Assembly: GCF_009914755.1 (NCBI RefSeq)
Contig: NC_060934.1
Strand: one strand, 5' to 3'
DNA: 64,000 nt
Source: the human T2T-CHM13v2.0 reference genome, Homo sapiens
In this document: positions 14,238 to 36,299 of the stretch, piece by piece
How positions within the stretch are numbered: the stretch's first letter is position 1
Layout of the letters: every line of letters begins with the position of its first letter
Translations under genes and position numbers: made by a program
Notes under the pieces: model-generated
Told to the model about the DNA's origin: nothing
The model's database searches: none
The model's input: the letters and a program-made list of their open reading frames with translations, nothing else

Positions 14238-16542
14238 TTAATGACCCATCAATGGTTAGAATTATGGAGGTAGGAGGTGATAGGCATCAAACTCTTTATT
14301 TCACAGATGAGGAACTGAAAGCTTAGACAGGTCAAGCTGCTTGCCAGGGGCTGGCTAGGTCTGAGCCAAAACTAGAACCCTGGGTATTCTTTTCCTCTAC
14401 CCATGATTATATGTTGAGCTAAATAGTAAATATTACCAGTTAAAACTATGGAGAAACATGAATAACAATTTATGGTGATCGCATTTTGAGGGAAAGGTAT
14501 CCATGCATAGAAAACAGAATGTGCTCTACAGAAATGTGAACAGTTCATTTTGGAATGGTGAGATTATGAGTGATTAAAAATGTCTTCGTTGTTTTGCTGC
14601 TCTGTTGTTTTTCTTAATTTTTCTACAATGAACATACACGACCTAATTAAGAAATAATTTTTCAAGGGCGTTAAAACTCTGGGATTCAACTAACACATAT
14701 AGCGTACTGCTAGGTGCCAAGAACCGTGGTGGAAATTTTCACATGCTTGTGCCATTTACTCACACCACCCTTTCAGCCTGTTCCATTCATACAGCTTTCT
14801 CTCCTGCCCCCTGGTGTTGACTAATGCCATAGAAGTCACTCTCCCTTTCAGCTCCTTCAAATGGAAGATTCAGGGAGACCATGCTTTCTCCTAAAAGGAC
14901 TCAACACTCACTCAATAAACCTCTAAATTGGATGATCCAGGCTTTTCACTTCTGTCTCCTTCCCAGCTTTTGCTCCCCTTCATTATTGGATGAGAGAAAC
15001 TAGGATGGAATCAGTGTTCTTAGTTGTAGGTTGCACCAATGAAGACAGAGTAGAAAGGAATCGTGGGGAGTTGTACTATTATTCGTAGGATTTCTCCCAC
15101 TGTGGTTTGGCAGCATCTAAACATTGCTTGGTCCTACCCATCTTAACAATCAATCTATCAGCAGGAAATTATTGAGCTATGCAGTAGTTCCAGCTCCATG
15201 CCAGGGGTTACAAAGTCTGAGCAGTCATAATCCTTTGACCTTGAGGAGGTTACAATCATTATTACAGAAAAACAAATTCATAGAATACCCAGCAGACATT
15301 TTAAGAAGCTACTAAGCAAGGAGCTGATAATTGTGGGGCTTACACAAGTGGGTCTCTTACAGCATTCACTCAACACGTTGCCTGAGAGCTGCCTTTGGAA
15401 AAACACCCTGGGGGGTTGCCAAGTTGCCAACTCATTTTCTGCAAGCTTGTCTTTTTTCAGTGCCTAATCAAGAAAATACTTGAGAATTCAGCCTCATAGT
15501 TATTAATATAAAAATGTCAGTACTTTAACCACAGTTAGTGGTAACTGAGAGAAACCTCGTAAGTGATCTTGAAGATCACTTACGGAGTTTCAGTGAAAGA
15601 GTCAGGGAAGTTGCGAACTGGTTTTTTTTTTTTTTAATTATTATTAAAAGGAGCAGGTTTTGCATTTTGGAGAACAAAAAAGGTGCCAATTCATTTGTCT
15701 CAGTTAATAGTAAGCGCTCTTGTACACTATTTTCTTCTTCCTTCTTTAGCTACATTCAACAGGAACTCCAATATTAAGTAAAAGGATACAACCTGAAAAA
15801 CATATACTGCTTACTTTGGGCTCGGCACTGTTTTAAGCACTTAGAAATATTAACTCATGTAATCTTTATAAGAATCCGGTGAGGTAGAAACCCATTTCAC
15901 AGATGAGGAACGTGAAGACATCGAAGGTGCCAATTGTCCAAGATCACACAGCTAGTAGGTGACAGGATCAGGTTTCAAGCCCCTCTAGAATCCACGCTCC
16001 TAGTATGTGAGTTGCTCTGAAAAAGACAAGCACCACACTGGTAGCTACCAAGACCAAAAAGCAGCTCCGAAGGCCAAAGAGATCCCGAAAGGAGAAGGCT
16101 CGCTGTGGAATATCTGTGGAAGCTTCAAGGAGGTAGCGGGAATTGGGAAGGCCAGGAAAATGGGAAGAACTTAAATATGATGTGCTATCATCTTTAGGGC
16201 ATTTAGATGACTAGAATACAACTTTGTGGCTCAGCAAATAAGAGAGCAAATAAGATCACCATTGAAACGGTGCCAGCCACCCACCGTTCCACTCAAAGGG
16301 CATATTCCCAGAGGCAAGTGGGGAAGTGAAAGGACTAACAAATCTGCTTGTTGCCAAGTAGACTATGCTACCAGCCATTCCGTTTGCACTAAAGGGATTT
16401 TCAAGTATAATTTTCACTACTGGAAATTTTTTAGTTTTTACCTCAAACCCCATTTGTAAAATAGTCCAGTAAGAGCAGACAATGGTCTAGGTGTGGTGGA
16501 AAAGCATAAGTGTTAGCAAAATAAGGGGTTAAAGAAAGTGCA

Positions 16543-16881
<339 letters not shown>

Positions 16882-17149
16882 TCAGGTGAGGTGAGGAAAA
16901 GGAGAGGGGAGGGCGGATGAAAAAAAAGAATGATATAACTGTATCAGGTTGACTTAGTGGCAAATGGATCATGTGAATATTACACACATTTGCTACACAT
17001 GCTTCAGGACTTTAGAGAAAGGAGAAGCCTCTGGGGGTCAGGATGGCCAAAGAGGACCAGGACTTATTGAGTAACTACAAGGAGAAGAATTTGGCTAAAG
17101 GTGAGGATTCTGGCTGGGGAGCATGAGGAGGAGAGGTCAAAGGAGAGAG

Positions 17150-17434
17150 GTTTTTTTTTCTAGACAGACTCTCACCTGTTGCCTAGTCTGGAGTACAGCA
17201 GCACTATCTCAAACCTCCGCCTCCCAGATTCAAGTGATTCTCCTGCCTCAGCTTCCCAAGTAGCTGAGATGACAGGCATGCGCCATGACGCCCGGCTAAT
17301 TTTTGTATTTTTAGTAGAGACGGGGTTTCACCGTGTTGGCCAGACTGGTCTCCAACTCCTGGCCTCAAGTGATCTGTCCACATTGGCCTCCCAAAGTGCT
17401 AGGATTATATAGGCTTGAGCCACTGTGCCAGGCC
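17150..17434 (-). mobile_element. AluS
   Basis: Antisense Alu dimer. Confidence 0.9.
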
Positions 17435-18255
17435 AAGAGAGAGAATCTTAAGTGTAAAAATTTTTTTAAATCTGCTGGATTATCATGAACAAAATTAGAG
17501 ATCTAAGTACTACAAAATGAAATAAGCAGAGAATAAAATAACAATCTGACTGTGGGGGAGGTACCATCCTTTTGTGTCGATAGTTCCATCAAGTTGCTGC
17601 AGTTTCTCTGTATTCATCGGAAGATTAGGGTGAATAAACAAGTAAGTTAGAAATAATCCATGCAGACATTATTAAAACACCTACTGAAGGGCATTTTAAA
17701 AGGCTTTAATGTGAGTGTATGGAAGATGGGAAAGAGATGACTTGTTCAGGGGGAGAATTAGAAACTAGCCAAAATGTACGGAAATTCATAGGAAACTTCA
17801 ACATCAGAAAAATCAAAATAAGAAGAAAAAGTATTTTTGAAAAGAAAAATGAGATACTAGCCCAGTCAGCTTAAATTTGTTATAAAGTTAAAGTTTAAAA
17901 AATAAACTGGAATTGGTGTGTGTGTAAAGAAACAGATCAGTGAGATGAAAGAGTTCATAAAATAGACTACTTACATATCAGAATTTCATATATATGATAC
18001 AGTGGGTAATTCTCATAAGAGGCGCTGAAGAACGGCTTATTCAATAAAAGGGCAGCTGGCTAGACATATAGGGTGGGGTGGGAGGATTGGGAGGATGTAT
18101 GGAAGAAATTATTTTATTCACACCTCTGTGGAGGGGGACTACTGTGCTTTGATGGCACAGCAACATGTATGAATAAAGCACCTCAAGAGGGAATTCTGCA
18201 AAAGGATGGCTGGCCTGGTTCAACTGTCCTGCACGCTGTAATTTGGGTGACTTAG

Positions 18256-18560
<305 letters not shown>

Positions 18561-18665
18561 GAGAGTTTTCTTTTTAACTAACTTAGGACTTATGGGATAG
18601 AGAAAAGTACTGGGGCAATTACTCAGTGAGAAAAAACTCACTGAGACAATGTATTAAATATACTC

Positions 18666-18964
18666 TTTTTTTTTTTTTTTGGAGACGGAGTCTCACTCTG
18701 TCTCCCAGGCTGGAGTGCAGTGATGTGATCTCGGCTCACTAGAACCTCCGCCTCCTGGGTTCAAGCGATTCTCATGCCTCAGCTTCCAGAGTAGCTAGGA
18801 TTACAGGTGTGTGCAACCACACCCAGCTAATTTTTGTATTTTTAGAGGAGATGGGGTTTTACCACGTTAGCCAGGCTGATCTCAAACTCCTGACCTCAAG
18901 TGATCTGCCTGCCTTGTCCTCCCAAAGTGCTGGGATTACAGGTGTGAGCCACCACGCCCAGCCT
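18666..18964 (-). mobile_element. AluS
   Basis: Antisense dimer, TSD-like tatactctt. Confidence 0.9.
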
Positions 18965-19838
18965 AATGTATACTCTTAAGTACACATTCTTTCCTATCTC
19001 AAGTTCCTCCTTTCTAAGAAGCAGGAGAAAACTCTTCATGGGTACAGCTGATGGGATGTGTCAGCACTGGGTGGGCCTGGATGCTTTGTGTGTGTTCTCA
19101 TTGCTCTATCTGGGCAGGGATGTGCACCTCTAGTTTTTTTTTTACTAAATCTTTATATCCTGACTTTGCAATCTGTATTTTTACTTGAAAATCCAATAGC
19201 CTATGAGATGCAGAGGCTCTCTGCCTACCTAGGCCACTATTTACTCACCAGATTCATATTGTCCTGAATAGTCTATTTTTTAGCTCTGTATCTGGTTTCT
19301 GGACTCAGCTGTGAACTTAGCTATTGGAGGGGTTTTGAAGACCCTTTGGCAGAGGAGTCCAGACTGAAAACAAGTCCCCTATTTGTAAGGTACCATAACA
19401 CTTTCTTTCTCATATGACAAAATTAAACCTCTCCTCCTCTACGAGTCCACTCCCCTCACTCACACACACACACACACAAACATATCACATCAACTTTTTC
19501 CTAACTCTGGACATAACTGTTAATAACTACTCGCTCCACAAGATGTTCAGAACTCTTTGTCCCTTTCTTTTAAGCCAGAATGCTGTATTTTCTCCTTTAA
19601 CCATGAGGAGAAAAAGCAGATCTGGTCGAAGTCAGAGCTTTGTGTCTATCAGAGAACTGTTTCTGTTTAGCTGCTAAATGGCTGGTAAGTGGTTGAAAGT
19701 TCCAACTGGGGAAAGTTGGAGAGGATTAACAATTTTCCAGATCCTACTGAGTCAACTATTTTTACTAGGGCTTTAATATTTTGTCTGAAGTGTAGTAAAT
19801 TCTCTAGAATGTTAGCCACAGTTTTAAAAACACATTTT

Positions 19839-20031
19839 TTAAGGTCAGGGGTACATGTGCAGGTTTATTTTATAGGTAAACTCATGTCACGGGGAGTTGT
19901 CATACAGATTATTTCATCACCCAGGTATTAAGCCTAGTACCCATTAGTTATTTTTCCTGATCCTCTCCCTCCTCCCACCCTCCACCCTCTGGTAGGCCCC
20001 AGTGTCTATTGTTTCCCTCTATGTGTCCATG
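19839..20031 (-). mobile_element. Short 5'-truncated L1PA 3' end (older L1PA)
   Basis: ggggtacatgtgcaggttt...ccctcctcccaccctcc. 13-bp TSD aaaaacacatttt at 19826-19838 / 20032-20044. Confidence 0.85.
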
Positions 20032-20514
20032 AAAAACACATTTTAAAGCCAACTTTCTCCAGGTCTTATTGCTGTCTATTAGCAAGGTATTAATTTTTTA
20101 AATGAACAACTATTAAACTCTTAAGTCACTTAGTAAAACTGGCAATTATTTGAGAGCCACTGATAAGAAGACAAAAAACTTCAAAATGCTGTTACTTCCC
20201 CTGTCAAAAAAAAAAAAAAAAACTTCCAATAATCAAAAGTGATGATGTTGAGCAAAAAAGCATTAGGTCTTGCTTTCCTATATACATTGTTGAGTTTTCT
20301 TTGTTACAGAAATTTGGAGCTCAAACCACTGGTGATTAAAATAAATTTTTCTTTCTGAAGAAAGAAGAAAGAAAATTAATGTTAAGAACAAACTATGAAT
20401 CTACCACTGCTCAGTCCTTTTACATATTTTATGATATAATCACTGCTACAATATGACTACAATCTAATGGTTTTTTTTTTTTAAGTTAAATGCTATTAAA
20501 TTAAAAAGAAGACG

Positions 20515-20812
<298 letters not shown>

Positions 20813-21339
20813 AGAAGATGAAGAAGAACAGAGGACTATTGCTTAAAACAGGGCAAAAGATGATTAGGTATCACTTTATCTTATCTTGCTTCTACTCTGT
20901 CCCACCCCCAAATTCAAAGTTTTAATGCTATTTACAAAATTTAGTCTTCTTCATAGTTGATACTGGAAGAAGTTATTATTTCGCAAACTACAAACAGAAA
21001 TGCAAGATCCAATTGGTCAAAATCACAGTGGCAACACATGAGCAATAACATTTACACGTGATTACCTCTTTCAACTTTACAATTGCCTTCATAGCCTTTA
21101 TTTAATCTTCATTAAAACTCTGTGAAGCCACTCCTCTGATTTCATCTTACAAAAGGGGAAACTGAGACCTGATAAGGCTGAATGACTATAGAAGGTTCAC
21201 AATTATTAAGTAATTGGGTCAGGCTTCCAAGCCAGGACCTAACCTCATGTGTATACCTTATCTGAGTAGTTAGCTGCTTCATTCATAGATATTAAAGTAG
21301 GATCTAAGCATGAACATCTTGTTGGACACTTCTGTCTTC

Positions 21340-22030
21340 TTCACCTCCATATTTAATCAATCACCAAGTCCTACCTGCTTTGACCTTCTTACTACTTCCG
21401 AAAATCGATGTCTCCTTCTCCACTCCCTTGTCACTCATCATCCCTCACTTGAATTGTAATAGCCTTCGAACCAGCTTTTCCCAGTCTATCTTGTGTCACT
21501 CAGGTGCATGTTTCTCACAACCAACAAAGTGTCTAAAATGTAGTTCTGACCACAGAATCTTACTATGGCTGCCCATAATCTCAATCTACTAAAAATAAAC
21601 AACTGAAACAAACTGCTGACATTCATAGTCCTCCAGAATCTCTGCCTGTCTCACCGACTTCATTTTCATTTGTCATTCCCTATCCCTACTTGTACTCACA
21701 AGGTGCCCATCCCACCTGGAGCATCCTCTCTCCATTCGCCTTTGCTTGACTAATGCCCAGTCCTTCTTTGAGGCTCAGCTCAGATGTCACCTGCCCAGGA
21801 TGCCTTTCATGCCCTCCCTCCACCAACTCAGGGACTTTCCTCTGTCTTTTCCATAAGACCTTGTGACTATTTTTATCATTTCATTTACCATCTACTTTTA
21901 TAAAAATCTGATTTGTGTTTATCTCCTCCATTCGACTGTAAGCTCCCTGAGGGTAAGGGCAATGTCTTATTCATCTGTGTTTCTCCAACACTGGGCACAA
22001 TACCCAGCACAAACAACACATGCCTGTTAG
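21340..22030 (+). mobile_element. L2 3' fragment
   Basis: L2 phrases such as ctcagctcagatgtcacc and gactgtaagctccctgagggtaaggg. Confidence 0.65.
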
Positions 22031-23052
22031 GTAAATTGTATATATTAGTTATGAAAAATACTTGCTGGTTTCAGAATCCTGCACAGAAATTGAGAAGATG
22101 ATGTTGAAACGATGTGAAATGATGTGATGTGAAATGAATGTGGTGAATCAGCAGGTGACAAGACCATGAACTGTCAAAAGATGCTTTCAGAAACAGTCTA
22201 AAGAGGAGTATTGACAAAAACTCTAAATAAGGAGAGTGTACTATTAAGTTGGCAGTCGGGGGAAATGTTATTTCAAAAGTACCACAGAGCAGTGCCAACC
22301 AAACCACCCAATGCCCCAGACTCAGGAACCTCAGCAAAAGCACAAGTTGTCCTAGGACATGACAGATTTGTTTTCAGATCATAAGTCAAACACCAGGACC
22401 AGGACTGATGGAGACTTGGGTTTTTTTAAGGGATAACTCATCAGGAATTCTTTTAATATATAAACCCATTTGTCATCCTTTGAGTCTTCTTTGCTACTTC
22501 TGGCTATTTTCCCACTTCCCCTTTTCCTTGTGGGCCTTCAAATACCTCTTCCTCCCCTGTTTTCCAATGTCTCCTTGCTTTCTACCTCTCATGTTATTGC
22601 TTGTGGAAGATCACCACTGACATTAAAATTTCCTGGAAAATTCCACTGGCTAATGTACACTTCTAATTGTGGAAAGTACATGGGTCACCTAAGTCCCTCC
22701 CTTAATGTGCTATGTTCTCCTGTTTGTTTCCACTGTTCCATCTCCCTGGAAGTCCTTCACCTGGCCAAACCATATCCATCCTTCAAGGTCTGGCTCAAAT
22801 GTCCAATGTTAAACTTCCCCCAACCCTAAGACAGAGAGAGAATGCCCTGCTCTTTTATCTGTACTCCAGAGATGAATTTGCTTAGACAGCTAGAATAGCT
22901 TTTGTAGCACTCCGTGTTTTTACTTGTTTATGCAACAATCTCCCCTATGAGACTATGCCCCACTGAGGACAGGCACCAAATATCATCCATCTCTGTATCC
23001 CTTACCCTTATCAATGCCTAGAAAATCGTAGACACTCAAAAATACTTCTTGA

Positions 23053-29518
<6,466 letters not shown>

Positions 29519-30029
29519 TTATTGAACTATCTTGCTTTATTTGCTCACTAAGGTGTCAAGTTCACTCCTAAAGTTAGGAAGACTGACTCTAATCAAGGTT
29601 TGGTAGCATATAAGGAGAAATTTAAAGATTGGACTATATGAGTATTAGGTATTTAATTACTTAACAAATATTTATTGGTCTTCTACTACGAAGCCCACTG
29701 TTCTCAAGGCTGAGGATACTGTGGGAAAAAAAGACCACTGGGTCTTATGTTCTCAGGCTAACAGAGAAACTATGATTAATCCAATAATTATACAATTAAT
29801 TATGATGCAATTTTCATAAGCATATCAAAAGATAACTAGAGGATGCCATGAGAACATGTGATGATCTAAACTGAGGGATGTTAAGGAAGGCTTCCTCAGT
29901 GAGTGAGTGATACGCAGACTAAAAGTAGAAGAAAGCAAGCATCCCTAGGTGAAGGGGGAAGTATGGGGAGACAAAAAGAAGCCGCATATTTGAAGTACAT
30001 GGCACCTTAGAGAAACTATACAAGGGCCT

Positions 30030-30482
30030 ACTAGAGACTTCCAATTGCCCCTCCAGATGCATTTGCCACACACTTACAACCTATTTTGTGCCTGTATGAA
30101 CTATATTGATGGCTTTCCCTGCCTTCTAGCTTCTGGTTATTCTGTCAACAAGAGGCCCTGGCAAGAGAGCAGAGGGTAGGAGGAGAATGAAATCAAAGTA
30201 TTTATTCTCCCAGCTTCCACCCTGACAGGTGGCTATGTTTGGCTTCACTCCTCTACCTATGGCCATGGCTTCTATCTGGCGGTCCTCTCTGTGGAGCTGC
30301 TCCATGGGCCCTGCAATGGCTCTCTCCACTTTTCCTACAGACTAAGAGGTAATAACAGCTCCCTGAGCTCTTACCCACAGGGGACTGCACCACCTCTTGT
30401 CAGTTTTCTCAGATCCTGTCCACACCCTTGTAATTACCCATTTTGATTATGCTATCTTCCTGCTAGAACGCTGACTGATACA
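30030..30482 (+). mobile_element. Old ERVL-type solo LTR (LTR33-like)
   Basis: Ends ...ttcctgctagaacgctgactgataca. Subfamily is from memory. Confidence 0.5.
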
Positions 30483-33149
30483 AGGGCAAATAAGAAGCTA
30501 GATCATTCAGAAAGTTTTAAACTATTATAAGGGCTTTAGATTTTTGTCCTGAATGCCATGGGAAACCTCTGAAGGGGTTAGGCAGATGAGGTAGGTGATC
30601 AAGTTTGCATTTTTTAAATGTACACTCTTTGGGTCATGTCTACACTAAAAGTCCAGACATCACCATTACACAATATATCCATGTAACACAACTGCATTGT
30701 ATCCCCTAAATCTATAAAAAATTTTAAAATGCAAAAAAAAATCACTCTAAGAGCTTCTGTGTAGAGAAGAGATGGAAGAGGTGTAAGAGGAGAAAGGGAG
30801 TCTGGTTATGAGGCAATTAGAGTCACAAAGTTGGCAAATGATGAGCCACAGTGGAAAAATCTGAGGCTGGCTACAGAGGTGTGACACAGAACTAGGAGGG
30901 ACAAGGGAGCAACAGAAGCCCAGCAAGATCTTCAACATCATGCACATAAGACCACCGGGCTCTCTCCACTCTCTTCTTTGCCTCATGGAGTTTATATTGC
31001 CCAGCTGCAGTGACCTCCTCACCAATCGCAGTGACTGCCTCACCAATCACAGTACACCTTGTGCCTGGGGTACACTATCTATCTGGAATGTTCTTCCTCT
31101 CACCCAAATCCTACCCATCCTCCAAGACTAGCTCAAAAGATAATAAGTAACCATAGCTAACAATTTCTGACAACTTACTATTTTCCAGATATTATGTTAG
31201 CATTAGCTCATATAATTGGCCTACCTATGAAGGAGGTACTGTCACTCACTCCATTTTACTGATGAGGAATTGGGCTCAGAGCTGTTAAGTGCTCATAATC
31301 ACACCACACTGGGCTTGAACCCAGGCCTGGATACCTTCAAAACCCTGTGTTTGATCCTGACCTAACATTGCCCCTGAAATAGCAATAGTTAACTTTGTTG
31401 ATGACTTACTAAGTGACAGGTATTAAGCACTCCCTCAAACTGTTTTATTTGATGCTGGTAACAACCCAATGAGATAAGAAACAATTTAAATATCATCTTC
31501 AGGGTATGAAACTAAAGCAGAGAAAGTTAGAAACTAGCTCAAATGCCACCTCCTCAACAAAGTTTTGCCAGATTCCCCACACTCTTGAACACGATTCCTC
31601 CCTCCTCTGAAATCTGAGGCACTGCAATGCATCTCCAATAGCATCACCACCCTCTGCTTCATATCCTTGCTGCTTAGCCTGTATCATCTTTTTATTAAAA
31701 GGGCAATCTAAGTCTGACTCACCGTCAATTACCCCAAGCGCCTGTCCGTAGTTTCCCAACGGCCATTCCCTGACAATTACTTGCTTCAAGTAAGCACTTG
31801 CAGTATATTAATGAGTGAACACTGGAATGCCTGCAATGTGCCATCAAGGGACTCAACTAGTGATGAGTCACAGAGTTCCCCTCAGTATTTGCTTAGACCA
31901 CAGCACTGGGCCCTCCAGCCAGGGCAGAGCCAGTTATCTCACAGCCACTAGACTTCTGGATCACATTCAACATTAACCGAGGCACTATGTACACTGCCTG
32001 AAGAGCAGAAAAAAGAAATTCAATTTCTATTTATTATAAGTAGCTCATTAGGTAGTAAAATAACCATAGTGGTGGAGAGTTGTAGGTTTTGGAAGCCGTT
32101 ACACCCAGTCCTGCTCTTCACTGCTCCATAAGCTTGATCCCATTAGTGACTTTACTTACTTGAACTGCAGACTCCTCATCTATAAAATAAAAAACAATAA
32201 GAACCACCTGCTTGGGATTGTTAGGAGGATTAAGTGAGACAATACATGAAAAGCATCTATAACTAAGGTGCCTGGCAGTAAATGGTAGTTATAATTAAAT
32301 ATGAAAGTAGTATATTCTGCATACTGCATTTAAGGGGTATCACTGGCAAACAGGAAATCTGAAAGAGAACAAGAGGATTGTTCCATACGCTGTCAAAGGA
32401 ACTGGAGGAGTTTGGCCTATGACATCTAGGAGAATGTACAAGACGTATCTTAATAGATCGGTAGAATTCGCATGTGGAAGAGAAAGATGAATTCTGTGTG
32501 GCTCCTAAGCTGAACTAGAACCAGTGGATAAAGTGGTAAAGCCCAAATTTTGATTCACTATAAGGGAAGCCTTTCAAATGACTAGGCTGTCTAGTTGGAC
32601 TGGAAAACTAGCAGGAGTTTGCTCATTGGACTTGCTCAGGCAAAGCCTGGAAGATACGTCAGAGATACTAAAGGCAGAAATGCTTTATGTGGGAGGTCAG
32701 CCTCAATGGCAAGGAAGTTTCATGCTAATGCCAAGATTCTGTTATTCTGTTGTCCAAAAATGCAAATGCACACGGGAAAGTTGAATAATGAAAGATCCAA
32801 AGGTTTCATGCACTCGATTATTAATTCTGGAGTGGCACAAATTAATCTATCAGCTGCAATGATTTATTTCCACCCACATCCAGGTAGACTCCTTTTCCTG
32901 AATACTTACAAAGATGATTCAGAGCTGTCATCTTGGCATCTCTCCAGACAATAGACTCATAGTTTCCTAAAGTTGGACAGAACCTGTGAGTTTTTTTAAA
33001 CCAACTTCTGATCAAATGTCTTTGAATAGAAGAATAATCTCACACTCCTTAGCTGGTTAGCAGCGCACAGAGAAAAACAATCCCTACACAGTGGAGATAA
33101 ACACATAAAGTGATTACTGTGAACATCCAAACTTTAGGCACCAGGACTG

Positions 33150-33422
33150 CTATCTAGCGAGGGCTATTCTCTGCTTCCAGGATGGCGCCTTGTTACTGCG
33201 TCCTTCAGAGGAGCGGAACCCTGTGGCCTCACATGATGGAAGGCAGAAGCAAGTCAATCAAACCCTGCATAAAGCCTCTTTTATGAGGGCCTTAATTGCA
33301 CTGGTGAAGAAGGAGACCTCATGGCCTAATGACCTCTTAAAGGCCCCACCTCTTAATCCTCACACTTTGGCCATTACGTTTCAACACCCAAAGTTTGGAG
33401 GGGACACATTCAAAGCATAGCA
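33150..33422 (-). mobile_element. MST-family MaLR LTR fragment
   Basis: aaggccccacctcttaat...ggggacacattcaaagcatagca. Confidence 0.75.
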
Positions 33423-33884
33423 CTCCCCATGCTTCTAGAAAAAGGATAGGGAATCACCAAAGCAGTTGAGAAGCAAAAATAGGTGCCTTTACTTGTACCT
33501 ACAGACACAAAAGCAGGGACTGTTTTTACCTGTATTACATTAGGTATGCAGTTGGCTATGTTTTCGTAGATACCATGTCTCTCGTCTAAAGTCTACTTTG
33601 ACTGATATTGATATATCAGACAAGCTTTTTCAAGATTCATCTTTTCATGGTATATCTTTTTTCATCTTTTTGCTTTTAACCTGTGTCTTTATATTTAAAG
33701 TGGGCTATTTGCAGAAGTATACATTTGGGTATGGCTTGGTTTTATTTTAAATCATGTCTGACAAAAATCTTCCTTTTAATTGGAGTGTTTAGATCATTTT
33801 TATTAATATAATTACTAGTGTGGTAGGAATTAAATCTGCCATTTGAGATTTGTTTTTTATTTGTTGCATCTGTTATTTATTCCT

Positions 33885-34047
33885 TTTTTTGTTTGTTTGT
33901 TTGAGATGGAGTTTCACTCTGTCGCCTAGGCTAGAGTGGCGTGATCATAGCTCACTGCTGCAACCTTGAACTCCTGGGCTCCAGTGATCCTCCTGCCTGA
34001 GCCTCCTAAATCGCTGGGATTACAGACATGAGCCACTGCGTCTAGCA
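33885..34047 (-). mobile_element. Alu monomer (FRAM/FAM-like)
   Basis: Single arm, TSD tatttattccttt. Confidence 0.8.
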
Positions 34048-34587
34048 TATTTATTCCTTTTCGCATCTTTCCTTGCCTACCTTAAAGTCAGTTGAGTATT
34101 TTTAAAGAATTTTATCTCAACTAAATGCTTATTTCCCATGCTTTTTGGTGGTTTTTTTTTTTTTTTTTTTTTTAGGAATTGCTCTAGGGTTTACATTGTG
34201 CTTCTTTCCCTTATTGCAGTACACTTTCAAATAGTATTATGCCAATTTATAGTGTAAAAAATATAATGTTTTAACAGTATATGTATATTTCACTCTCGTA
34301 TCCTTTATGCTATTGTTGTTGCACATTTTACTTCTAGAAATATTATAAAGCCTATAATGCATTGTTATCTTTTCTTCTGCAGTGTCAAACTTGCTGTTAA
34401 TCCCATCTAGTAATTTTTAAATTTCAAATATCAAGAAATTCCATTTGGCTCTTTTTTGTATCTTCCATTTCTCTCCTTGCTGCATTCACATTTTTCTTTA
34501 ATACTTGAACATAGTTATATTAGTTGTTTTAGCATTCTTGTCTCCTAATTGCATCATCCCTATCATCTCTGAGTCTGTTTCTATTGA

Positions 34588-34937
<350 letters not shown>

Positions 34938-35057
34938 AACAATTTTTTGTTGGATGTTGGACATTATAATTTTAAGTTGTTGAGTTACTAAATTATACTG
35001 TCTTCCCTTAAAGAGTGTTTGGCATTGTTCTGGTAAGTAGAAAATTTACTTGGGGTT

Positions 35058-35373
<316 letters not shown>

Positions 35374-35460
35374 TCAACGCAATTGTTTGCCAGATTTGTT
35401 AGAGCATGTCTATAGTAGCCTTCACTCTATGGATAATTTAGCCCATTAATAAGCTATGGT

Positions 35461-35770
35461 GGCCAGGCAAGGTAGATCATGCCTGTAATCCCAGCACTTT
35501 AGGAGCCTGAGGCAGGCAGGAGAATTGCTTGAGCTGAGAAGTTCAAGACCAGCCTGGTTAACATAAGAAGACTCCATCTCTACAAAAAATTTAAAAATTA
35601 TCCGGGCATGGCGGTGTATGACTGTAGTCCCAACTATTTAGGAGGCTGAAGTAGGAGAATCACTTGAGCCTGGGAGGTCAAGGATGAAGTGAGCTGTGAC
35701 CACGGGGCCACTGCACTCCAGCCTGGTTAACAGAGTGAGACTCTGTCTCAAAAAAAAAAAAAAAAAAAAA
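35461..35770 (+). mobile_element. AluJ
   Basis: Dimer with J-type features. TSD aagctatgg. Confidence 0.9.
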
Positions 35771-36299
35771 GCTATGGCCATTCTAGGGTCTCTAGTGAAT
35801 GCTCCAAATGATCAACAAGAACTCTCAACCCTGGCCTATGGGAACTCAGTGATCCCAGTCCTATGTGAGCTCTAGAACCTTTTCAGCTCTTTGCCCATAC
35901 CTCATAGAGTTTCACTGTACACATTTAAGGCTTAGTGTTCAGCAAAGACTCAGGGAGCGCCATGCAGATTTCTGGAGGGCTTTTTCTACATAGCTTCCTC
36001 CTCTCCAGAACTCTGCCCTACAATTTCCAGTCGCTTTAGACTACTTGAACTTCAGTCTCTGTCTCAACTCAGTGAGTCTACCATGTTCTGCCTGGGATTC
36101 CTCTTTTTGCTTTGTGATCCAGAACGTGCCTCCAGGCAGAAAACCAGGACAATTATAGGGTTAGCCTCATTTGTTTCCCTTCTCTAAGGGATCACAGTCC
36201 TGTGATGCCTGTTGCCAATGTCTAAAGACAATTGATATTTTGTCCAGTTTAAGGTAGGTAAGTAACACCTTGATGGCCAGAAACAGAAGTCCTCTAGTT

